A stretch of DNA of 64,000 bases from Neophaeotheca triangularis (taxonomy: Eukaryota). The position numbers were made by a program, and so were the translations under genes. This document shows positions 1-10,206 of this stretch, one piece after another (the stretch's first letter is position 1; the number at the start of each line of letters is the position of its first letter). The notes under the pieces are model-generated. The model was given only the letters and a program-made list of their open reading frames with translations. It ran no database searches and was not told the DNA's origin. Location: assembly GCA_054600435.1 (NCBI GenBank), contig BAAIJX010000008.1:310001-374000 (forward strand). Direction: 5' to 3'.

Positions 1-2
1 AA

Positions 3-1619
3 GCTGGCGATCACAGTTACACCATGGATCTTTACCATCTCCGTGGCGGGTTCAGGTATCTAACTTTATTCCTCTTGACCAACGACACCACGACCCTAGA
101 TATCAACGACGTGAGCCTGAGCATAGGTTTTGAGCCAACCTGGTCCAATCTGCGGGCATATCAGGGCTACTTCCACAGCAATGATGAGGAACTCAATAAG
201 ATCTGGTACTCCGGAGCCTACACGCTTCAGACCAACAACGTTCCCGTCGGACTAGGCCGCTGGATCCCGGCGCTCGAGTCAGGTTGGGCGAACAATGGAA
301 CCATGGCGAACGGCAGTAGCGTTATTGTTGACGGTGCAAAGAGAGACCGTGCGGTCTGGCCGGGTGATATGGGTATTGCTGTGCCTTCCACTTTCTACTC
401 ACTTGGTGGTCTTGACAGTGTCAGAAATGCACTGCAGACCATGTATGACCATCAAAACAGCGATGGGAGCTTGCCTGAAGCCGGTCCTCCGCTGCTCCAG
501 CAAAATTCTTCAACTTACCACATGTACTCTCTCCTAGGCTCGTACAACTACGTCTTATTCACAAACGACACGGAATGGCTCGCGCAGATCTGGGACCGGT
601 ACAAATTCGCCATGGAGTTCATCTACAACCAAGTCGAAGAGCCTCTTGGTTTGCTGAATCAAACTGGCCTAAGAGATTGGGCGCGCGAGGCGACGGGCGG
701 CTTCAATACTCAAGCCAATATGATTCTGTACCGTACGCTGATGACGGGCGCAGAGCTTGCTACTTGGTCAGGCGACCATGGCCTTGCCGACACGTACAGC
801 TCCCGTGCCTCGTCGCTTGCAATCAGCATAAACAGATACCTGTACGATGACGTTTACGGCGCGTTCAAAGACAACAACACAAATACCACGCTGCATCCAC
901 AAGATGGCAACAGTATGGCATTGCTGTTCAACGTCGTCTCGAACACCTCACCCGAAGCCCAATTAATCTCATCCCGCTTGACGGAGAATTGGACGCCCAT
1001 TGGACCCGAAGCGCCAGAGCTACCCAACAATATATCGCCATTCATCTCATCTTTTGAGATACAGGGTCACCTGGCCATCGGCCAAACCAATCGTGCTCTG
1101 GAACTCATCCGTCGCTCATGGGGCTGGTACTTGAACAATCCAAACGGCACCGAGTCCACCGTCATCGAAGGCTACCTTACCAACGGCTCCTTCGCCTACC
1201 GTAACTACAGAGGTTACAGCTACGATGCTTCCTACGTGTCTCATGCTCATGGCTGGTCTAGTGGCCCTACAAGCGCTCTGACGAATTACATCCTTGGGCT
1301 CGAGATTACTGGACGGGTTGGTAGCACGTGGAGGCTAGCACCGCAGTTCGGGGACCTTACTAGTGTCGAGGGCGGTTTCACGACGAGTTTGGGCCAATTT
1401 CAGGCAAGTTGGAAACTCTCGGATGGCGGCAACGAATATGAGTTATCTTGGAACGTGCCTGTTGGTACCGAGGGCACGGTGGTTCTGCCAGCGCTGCCCG
1501 CAGGTTGCGGTGGGAGTGTTGAGCATGATGGGCAACATCACGGACACCTTGCTGCTCGGCAGGGAATGAGCATGCATGGACATGGAGGGAAGCATCATGT
1601 TAGAGTCAAGAGGTCGTGA
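3..1619 (+). CDS. Alpha-L-rhamnosidase-like glycoside hydrolase family 78 (5'-truncated by window edge)
   Basis: Frame is open from position 3. Motifs DGAKRDRAVWPGD, SHAHGWSSGPT and the C-terminal beta domain (PQFGDLTSVEGGF) are typical of fungal GH78. Many N-glycosylation sequons. Confidence 0.85.
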   Translation, partial: AGDHSYTMDLYHLRGGFRYLTLFLLTNDTTTLDINDVSLSIGFEPTWSNLRAYQGYFHSNDEELNKIWYSGAYTLQTNNVPVGLGRWIPALESGWANNGTMANGSSVIVDGAKRDRAVWPGDMGIAVPSTFYSLGGLDSVRNALQTMYDHQNSDGSLPEAGPPLLQQNSSTYHMYSLLGSYNYVLFTNDTEWLAQIWDRYKFAMEFIYNQVEEPLGLLNQTGLRDWAREATGGFNTQANMILYRTLMTGAELATWSGDHGLADTYSSRASSLAISINRYLYDDVYGAFKDNNTNTTLHPQDGNSMALLFNVVSNTSPEAQLISSRLTENWTPIGPEAPELPNNISPFISSFEIQGHLAIGQTNRALELIRRSWGWYLNNPNGTESTVIEGYLTNGSFAYRNYRGYSYDASYVSHAHGWSSGPTSALTNYILGLEITGRVGSTWRLAPQFGDLTSVEGGFTTSLGQFQASWKLSDGGNEYELSWNVPVGTEGTVVLPALPAGCGGSVEHDGQHHGHLAARQGMSMHGHGGKHHVRVKRS

Positions 1620-1970
1620 TCACTTGCTTGCAACATTCAATCAATCAATTCGGAAAGATATTCGATAAAAATAGTACCGACCATCCTCGGCAACATTTTC
1701 ACCTTAATTCGTTGCATGCCTTAATATCATCAGGCCAGTCTTTGTTCCCCAGCTTGTTACCCCCGCAAATCCAAAGCTCTCCCGCAAAGCAAACAGACCG
1801 AGGCAGTCTAACCCTCGGCTATCACCATAACATCAGGTGAGTTCCGCCTGTTACTCGTCGAGCGTAAACGATTCCCCGTGTCGTACGTAGGTCATTAAAC
1901 ACTCCCATTGCTCTTCTGTTGACTTTCTTTCCTTCTCCCAAAACCACTTCCAAACCAGATCACACCCACA

Positions 1971-3475
1971 ATGTCGGTCCCGTACAACATCAGAGAGCAG
2001 AAGGAGGAGGCGTCCGAGAAGCTCATGATCTCCGCCAGCGGCAACCTGGCGGCGAGCGCTCGGATACCGATGATTGCAAGGCCATTCGTCTCGGACAGGG
2101 CAAAGCAGATGCTGGATGTCGTACGTGATGTAAACTCTTCACGCCTAGCTTGAACCACGCTGACACCCCCACTCAGACCGAGCGCTTCGTCGAAGAAGAA
2201 TGTATCCCCGCCGACCCCATTATGGCTCAACAGATTGGCCAAGGAGTCGAGCAGCGCTTCAGTGCTCACCCGCCGATCATGGAACACCTGAAGAAGCGTG
2301 CGCGAGAGTTGGGTCTGTGGAACATGTTCTTGCCAAAGAATCACTTCAAGGAGGGAGCAGGCTTCAGCAACTTGGAATACGGCTTGATGGCCGAGATCTT
2401 GGGCAAGAGCTCGACGGCCTCCGAGGCCACCAACTGCGCTGCCCCTGATACTGGCAACATGGAGGTCATTGCAAAGTACGGCACACAAGCGCAAAAGGAC
2501 AAGTGGCTCAAGCCTCTGCTCGAGGGCCAGATCCGCTCCGCTTTTCTCATGACTGAGCCGGACATTGCCTCGTCTGATGCCACCAACATTGAGCTCGACA
2601 TCCGCAAGGAAGGCAACGAGTACGTTCTTAACGGGCAGAAATGGTGGTCCTCGGGTGCCGGAGACCCGAGGTGCAAGATCTACATTGTCATGGGCAAGTC
2701 AGACCGCAACAACCCTTCCGTCTACAAGCAACAGTCCGTCCTCCTGGTCCCAGCCGAGACCCCCGGCATTACCATCCACCGCATGCTGTCAGTATACGGC
2801 TTCGACGACGCTCCTCACGGTCACGGCCACATCACTTTCAAGAACGTCCGCGTTCCCGCCTCGGACATGGTCCTCGGCGAGGGTCGCGGTTTCGAGATCA
2901 TCCAAGGCCGTCTCGGCCCTGGCCGCATCCACCACGCTATGCGTTCCATCGGTGCTGCAGAGAAGGCTCTCGAGTACTTCCTCGCCCGCATCAACGACCC
3001 GAAGAAGAAGCCCTTTGGCAAGATGCTTCACGAGCATGGCATTATGCTCGAGCGCGTCGCGAGATCCCGTGTTGAGATCGACGCTGCCAGACTGCAGGTC
3101 CTGAATGCAGCGCTCATGATCGACACCAAGGACGCCAAATTCGCTCTCAAGGAGATTGCAGAGGCGAAGGTGTTTGTGCCCAAGGTGGCGCTCGATGTCA
3201 TCGACCGCGCCATCCAGGCGTACGGTGGTGCCGGTGTCAGCCAGGACACACCTTTGGCGAACATGTGGGCTCACGGCCGGACCATGCGTATCGTCGACGG
3301 GCCTGACGAGGTGCACTTGCTGCAGCTTGGTAGGAACGAGAACAAGAGGGGTCCCAAGTGTCTCGAGAAGATTGAGTGGCAGAAGACCAAGTCGGATGAG
3401 ATTGCCCAGTCATTTGGCATCAAGAGGCGGGATGTGCTGCAGCTGGATCGTGAGCACTCCAAGGCGAAGCTATAG
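1971..3475 (+). CDS. Acyl-CoA dehydrogenase (ACAD10/11-like), peroxisomal
   Basis: Exons 1971-2120 and 2177-3475 (intron GTACGT..CTGAC..CAG, in frame). Motifs NCAAPDTGNMEV, AFLMTEPDIASSDA, GRLGPGRIHH and RIVDGPDEVH. C-terminus AKL is a PTS1. Confidence 0.93.
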
Positions 3476-4088
3476 ATTAGTCGATATTCCCTTTATGTGA
3501 TTTACTGTATTTGTGCAACTTCGCCGTGCGACCATGTTTCCTCACAATCATCATTGTCTTCGACGGGGCGGCGATTTCCAAATGCGGACAGCCCGCGTAC
3601 CGGTAGTGTAGGTAAAGTCAGCATCCCCTCTGCGATGCGGGGGCCGCGGTACACAGGTTATTCGATGCAGTCATCGGAAAGGGTCTACCTAGGTAAGCAT
3701 TGCATTCTGTACACGCCACCCGTATGCTTGTGGCCATCACCGCCAATGGCGGAGAAACCTGTTCGATGTCGGTCGGAAGGCGCAATTCCTTGCCCAACAA
3801 CATATAACAAGGCCGCCTCGACGCCGAGTAGCCCCGTTCGTCGAACGTAGGACAGTTGGGTCCCCAATACCATTCAAGAGCACAAGCACAGGCACAGAGA
3901 AAGGCCGCGTTGGGAGCCGGTAGCGACACATTCCGATCGTCCAAGGTCATCAACTCTCACCTAACTGGAGGAAACCGGGCAAAGCTACCAAACATCTGGT
4001 CCACGTGTGAAACGCATACCAGTCACCAAAGAGACTATCAGGTCATTGGGAACTCCTTGCCTGGTCAGTCCGGCTACATAAATCCAAG

Positions 4089-4823
4089 ATGACTTCCTTC
4101 CACGGCCTACCACAAGACGTCCCCAATTTCTACAGAACCACCGCCGACACTACTAGTAGTCCTTTCAGAAAAGACACCAACCCCTTCCGCAACCGCACCA
4201 AGTCTTTCCCCGCCGAACACCGCGAAAACAGCAACAGCAACAGCAACAGCATGGACGCAACTCCTCTAGAACCTCGTAGGAAATCCGTCGCCCACGCCGT
4301 CCGCACGCGAAGTCTAGGCGGCCCCAACGGCGGCATCATCTACGAGCGCGCCGAAGTCATACCCCCAACCGACGACGACATCGTCATCGTCAACGTACGG
4401 CTGACCGACAAACTACGCCGCTCCTCCGCGGGAAGTTTCAGCGACGAGTTGATCCCCAGGTAACCACCCTCTCCACCTCTCCGCTTGCCTTCCTCCGCCA
4501 TGGCGACTGACATCCTACCCACCCACTCCAGACCCGCACCCCGTAGTTTCCTCCGCAGAATCAGCACCCGCCTCGGCAGCCCGGGCGCCGAGGACCGCTA
4601 CAAGGCTGTCAAGATGCCTCGCAGCGCTTACAAAGCATATTTCGCCAAAGACAAGGACGGTAATTATGCGGGCAGCGAGCCCGAGCGAGACTGGGACGAA
4701 GCCGACTTGATGCAGCAGTTTGCTGAGTTTCAGGAGATGCCGCTCGAGGGGTTCGTGCACGCTACTATGTGTACGAATCGGAAACCGCTTACCGGGCCTG
4801 GATGGACGATTCAGGAGCCGTGA
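4089..4823 (+). CDS. Hypothetical protein (~220 aa, two exons)
   Basis: The ORFs at 4089 and 4485 join in frame through intron 4460-4531 (GTAACC..ACTGAC..CCAG). The N-terminus is low-complexity and the C-terminus looks globular (YKAVKMPRSAYKAYFAKDKDGNYAGSEPERDW). Confidence 0.7.
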
Positions 4824-5348
4824 AGGGGCTCTTTCCCAGGCGGTGTCTTGCTTTTTGGCTTTTTGCGATTGGGTTGCGTGGAGTAGGTGTTGCATTGGGG
4901 TTGTTTTTGGCTGAGGTTAGATGGGGAGGCCGGTATCATATTTGATATACCAGGTAGTCTCGAACTTCGAATCATTTTAGTTAGCCACAGTACACGAGCT
5001 GTTTTTGGTCAGTTGATCGAGCATCGAGTTGTCGGAGTCTTCGCTGGCTGCGTTATTCGCCACGCGGACTTTGACGGAACACTAGACGTTTGCCAATCAC
5101 CAGATTGGGTCTGCCAACACGAAGTTCTGGTCACAGATCGTGAAAAGAAGCGTCTTCTGCCACGCTGTCCTGCCAGCCTGCACGCCAGCGTGGCAAGCCA
5201 GCGTGGCAGCTTGTGGCAAAATGCAGCATGCCAGAGTGCCAGGCTGAAAGCCCTCAATGGTCTTTGTCATCTCCACCAAATGTTCCAATCGACACATCGA
5301 AACCACGAAACCACCGTGCAACAGCCCCCAAGCAACAATACTACAGCC

Positions 5349-6424
5349 ATGCTCTTCTCAACCCTCTTCCTCAGGCTCCTCCCCATCCTCAACATCCCGA
5401 CACAAACCCAAGCTCTCACACCCCACGAACAATCCCTCGCCGCCCAAGCCTACGCCATCGACCCCCTAGACCCCTCAGACCGCGAGCCGTGGCCCAACAA
5501 CGGCGCCATCTACTGGTGCGAAAACGACAGCAATGACTACCAAACCGCTCACGAGCTCATCGAGTCCGCGTACCAAATCTGGGCTCAAGCAGGTCTCGGA
5601 CCAGCGACCCCGGATAGTCCTAGCTTGCTTTACGCCGGGGAGCCGTGTGAGAGGATCGAGAAACGGGAGCCGTGGCTATTCGCAAACGTCTTGCAGGTCG
5701 AGATTGATTGGGTGGGTGGAGAGATGAGCGCGGATGTGGGGTTTGTGCTTGGGGGGCGGAATAGGTTGGTTCTTGCGGGTGTTGGGCCGGGTGTGAAGGC
5801 TGTGGTGCCGAAGGAGGTCGCTGTTGCCCATGAGGTTTGTTTTCTGTTCTATGGGTATGGTGTGTCGGGAGTTGGTCTGGTGTGCTAATGTTGGTGCAAC
5901 ATAGCTTGGTCATCTCTGGGGTCTGCATCATCAGCGTTAGTCCTGGTCCATCTGTCGGTAGGTGTGAAGCGGTATACTGATCGAACTCAACAGACCAGCG
6001 CCCGGAAATCTGGGACAAGGAGCTCATAGCCCTCAATGCGTCCAACCTCCGCTACTACGACGATTTCAAGAGGCGCGGTCATAATATGAGCCTCATCAGC
6101 CATGAGCGTGGCGCAGCAGTCGAGGCCGGGTACCAAGAGCCCCTTGAGCTTCTACCCTTTGAGCACTGCGACCACGATCCGCCTAGCAATACATCGGTCG
6201 ACTGGAATAGCATCATGCTTTACGGCAGCACGCACTATGGCGGCCACGAAGATCCGGAGTTTGACGCCAATTGGGAAGGTCATTGGGTTTATAAAGAAGC
6301 AGACGTATTGCTTAGGCAGGATCATGGGTATCCGGAGCATATTGATCAGCCTCAAAAGCCTTCCAAGGCGGATGTTGCAAAATTGCGGGAGCTGTATCCG
6401 GGACCTTGGCCTTACGATGGGTGA
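5349..6424 (+). CDS. Secreted astacin-like (metzincin, M12A-type) zinc metalloprotease, ~315 aa
   Basis: Exons 5349-5834, 5905-5935 and 5994-6424. Spliced product contains HELGHLWGLHHQHQRP (HExxHxxGxxH), Met-turn DWNSIMLY and C-terminal PSKADVAKLRELY. The N-terminus is hydrophobic. Confidence 0.82.
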
Positions 6425-7350
6425 TGGAAGATAATAAGATGGAAATGCGGGCAAGGAAATGCGAAATTCAAACAGCGAGAGAATGTAAGCTAGAGGAGAT
6501 GAGCAGGTGTTAGACGGCCGGCGAAAATGGTACGTCCGAAGCGCAGGGTTCACATAAAGTTGCCTGAGGCGTATGCGACCAGTAACGGTTCAGTTGTCCC
6601 AAGTGTATTCCTGTAGCAATGATGAGCATTGACCGCGTGCTGGACGGGACAAATGTTCCCTTCCAGTACCCGTTCGTGGTGCATTATATAGCGTAGCTTT
6701 CCCGGTTGCTGCGAGCATCAATATAAAGGCGACTCTCCTTGGCAGCGGTTCAAAGCTCCATTGTACTTGACCCAGTATCCTCAGTGAAGTTGCCAATTGG
6801 CCACCAGATCAGATTCCCCGGAAAGAGCCATCGAAGTCGATGCGATGTAAAGTGTGGCGCAAAAGAAACCGTCCTATCCATTGAACTGGCTCCTCCGGTC
6901 GGGGCGCGACTGGTATCCGTGACCTACCGTTTTTGATTGTGTATATGCTTGTAGACGGCGTTGGAGACCTGGTGTTGTTGCCAAGTCAATGCTCGGCTGC
7001 GGCGCGGGCACCGAAACAATCCAGTGCGAAGGTGTTGGTTCGAGTTGCTAGCATTGTTCGTCGTGTGGAGGTGCCATTCATGATGGAGAAGTCTCCAATG
7101 CTGTCGAATCGCAAGTGTACTTCACATATTCTTCCATTGTCTCCCCATCAAAGTCCCCATAGACCATACGCATTTCGGATCGGCCTCTCACCTTCAGAAC
7201 AAGGGAAAAGATTGTTGGCGAGAATTGTGTAGTTTGTAGAGAATCTTGCACCACCATAGCTACAGGATGAAGAACGCCTGCCCAGTGCATCCGCCGTGGC
7301 ACTCGATGCAAGCAATCCACAACACTGCCATACCCCCGCTAAGCACCACC

Positions 7351-8032
7351 TTACTTCTTCTTGGCCACCGTCTTGTTCTTCGCAATACCCCGGACGGTCT
7401 TGGCGCGGTTCTTGCGTTGCTTGCCTGAAGTCGCGATATCGTCAGCCAACCGGTCCTTTCCATTGCCAAATGCAGCACGTCGGTATCCCGCGCGATAGGC
7501 AACCATGCCAGATCCACCAGTGTATACGTACGCTGCTGCCTGCTCGCCCTCTCGACCTTCGTCGCCTGCCCGTACCTCACCAGTCTGTAGTGAGGCTCAA
7601 ACTTCTTCATGGCCTCGCCGGAGTCGTAGATGAGGGCGAAACCGGTGCTCTTGCCGCCACCGTATTGAGTGCGGAAACCGAAAGCAGAGACCTGGTCCTT
7701 GTTGGCCTTGTAGAGTTCGGAGAGCTTGGAGCGGAGCTCGTCCTTGGAGACGTTGGGGCGGTTGGGGTGGAGGACGTCACTATCAGACATGCCTCGTTAG
7801 TATGTGTGCCAGTATGGTATCGCGACCACATTCGTTGCCTCCCATATCCCAACGTTCCGACACAACGCTGCCTGGTATGCCCTGTGATGTCCATCCCTTC
7901 ACTGTATCCATCGAAGTCCCTTCCCTCTCGCTTCGGAGTCGGGGGCAAAACTCACACGACCATCTGCTTGCGGCCCAGGAGCGGGTTGCGGATGAACTTG
8001 CGCGTGCGCAGAGTCACTTGGGAGTCCGACAT
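7351..8032 (-). CDS. RPS24: 40S ribosomal protein S24 (eS24)
   Basis: [59 protein letters not shown]. Introns at 7780-7955 and 7425-7531. Confidence 0.97.
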
Positions 8033-8362
8033 GATTGCGGGTTGTTGTCGTTTGTCGAGGTTGGTGGGAAGTGAGCGCTCGCCTATTCGTCGTCGACGTC
8101 TTTCGAAGTTCGCCTGTAGTGCAAGCAAATGGAAGAGGATTTCGCGGCAGTGGGTACTGGATTTCGCCGTCTTGGCATCGAATCGCTTTCGGACTGCTCC
8201 AGGTTGCTACTTTCAAAGGTTCACGTCAAGATTTTATTAGAACATTCTTATTATTACAACAACATATCAAAATCAAGTCTGAGAGACAGGAAATCATCCA
8301 GTAAGACTACTGCGAAGAATCTCACTGAAAGTCTTGGTCTGGGAAGTAATACGGTATCCAAT

Positions 8363-9664
8363 ATGGACCCTCAACTCCTACTCTTCCGTCGACAGTACCT
8401 CCAGCTTTGCGAACCAGAGTTTCTCGCCTGGCCACCATCACAGCTACTCAAAGACCCAGGGGTACAAAAATGGCTCTACAATTACTGTTTCAACGCGGAG
8501 AGGAACGATCGTTTACCTCCTGTGCGATACCAGTATCGAGTCTTGAAGCTTCTCGTTACTAAAATCGAGAAAACCATCGAGGACCCAGAAGAAGATGTAG
8601 GTGCTTTCAATCTCTCTCATTTTCGGCACTCACTCCAAGTCGCCCCGTCTTCTCTTACTCGCTATATCATTCTCCTTACAGCTCCTTCTCTGATCTTTTC
8701 CTCGTCTTCGCAGGAGATTAACGATGATCTTATGAACCTCCTCTCCACCATCATTGCCAACCAACTCCCCTCTGAACTGGCAGCCGCACAACAGCAATCA
8801 TACGTGACATTTTCCTGCATTTCCCGCGACGCGGATCGCAATGACGATCTCGTCGAAGAGCCCACCATCACTTTGCTAGAGCGACGACAGTTGATCTCCG
8901 GCTCACTAACCACCGGATACCGCACCTGGGAAGCAGCGCTGCACCTCGGCCAGTATCTCCTGACAAATGCCGGACGACAGCTTGTCGCAGGCAAGAACGT
9001 ACTCGAACTAGGCGCTGGAACGGGCTTTCTCGCGATCCTTTGTGCGAAGCATTTGGGAGCCAAGCACGTGACGACCACCGACGGCGATGAAGGCGTAGTC
9101 GACACGCTGCGAGACAACCTCTTCCTCAACGGCCTCGACGACGACAGCAAAGTCCTCACCAGCGTACTAAGATGGGGCCAAGGGCTCAAAGGCACATGGG
9201 TGGAGGAAGACTGCGAGGCCCAGCCGTACGACATCGTTCTCGGTGCAGACATCGTAAGCCCCAGCGCAATAAATAGCCCCAACCACTCCAGTGGCCCAGC
9301 CAGACTAACGTCCAACGGCCAGACCTACGACAAGAGAGCCGTCTCAGCACTAGTAGCCACTCTCCGCCTGCTGTTCGACCTCAGACCCAGCTTGCAAGTC
9401 ATCATCACAGGAGCCGTGCGCAACGCCGAGACCTTTGAAACCTTCCGACACGGCTGCCGTTCGTATCAACAAACCCTCGATACCTGCATACGTATGGAGA
9501 GCGGCAAAAGCTGACCAACACAACACGCAGTACGCAACAACTTCACCGTCTCGGAAATCGACTTCCCCGTCCAATCGATCCGAGAGCAAAAAGCCCTCTT
9601 CTACGCCCACACCGCTCCGCTACGAATGCTGCACATTACGAGACGCGAAGACGCAGCCACGTAA
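8363..9664 (+). CDS. EFM3: Protein-lysine N-methyltransferase, EFM3/FAM86 (EEF2KMT)-like
   Basis: N-terminal FRRQYLQL/PPVRYQYRVLK FAM86-like segment. Motifs TTGYRTWEAA, VLELGAGTG and LGADITYD after splicing. Introns at 8597-8713, 9254-9322 and 9459-9530. Confidence 0.8.
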
Positions 9665-10080
9665 AAGACGACGATACAAAGAGCGACTACGCACCATTAA
9701 AAGACAACAGATTTCATTGTCAGCTCGTACAGGCTCTCCCTACCCAAGCTAAAAAAACCCCCACTGTCATCAAAATTAACGGAAGGAATTTCCGCCTCCA
9801 TTGTAGTAGTCCTCCCAAAAATTCTATACCTGATTTGCCCCAAAATCCCCATCGTGAAAACAAAACCCAACCTTCGCGTGAAAAGAACAGAAGCTACCCT
9901 CCCAAGTAAAAGGACCGACTGTGAGCCCGCTCGACCCTGCCATCAGAGCAGTGCTGTATCATCATGAAATCCGCAAAACCACCCAGTGCAAAAACTCCCA
10001 CCATTGAACTCCCTCGCGGGTAGCCAGCGCGGCAGCCCTTAAGGCCTTGCGTGTATTGCCTGCCCACCCGCCCGCCCGCG

Positions 10081-10082
10081 GA

Positions 10083-10113
<31 letters not shown>
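10081..10113 (+). repeat. (GAAA)n microsatellite
   Basis: About 8 tandem GAAA units in the 3' region between convergent genes. Confidence 0.9.
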
Positions 10114-10114
<1 letters not shown>

Positions 10115-10206
10115 ACCCCACCAAAATCGCTAATCGACAAATTCAAAGAACCAAGCAAAGTCCTAGCAAACAAAACCCCAACAGAGCCCCTCCCTGCTCT
10201 CCACCC

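Noticed and set aside
7780..7955. Intronic snoRNA in RPS24 intron 1
   Set aside because: No C box (RTGATGA) on the sense strand and no clear H/ACA architecture.
7296..8240. 314-aa plus-strand ORF and other long antisense ORFs (e.g. 56121-56861, 26641-27348, 2789-3316)
   Set aside because: Shadow ORFs produced by strong codon bias of real genes on the opposite strand.
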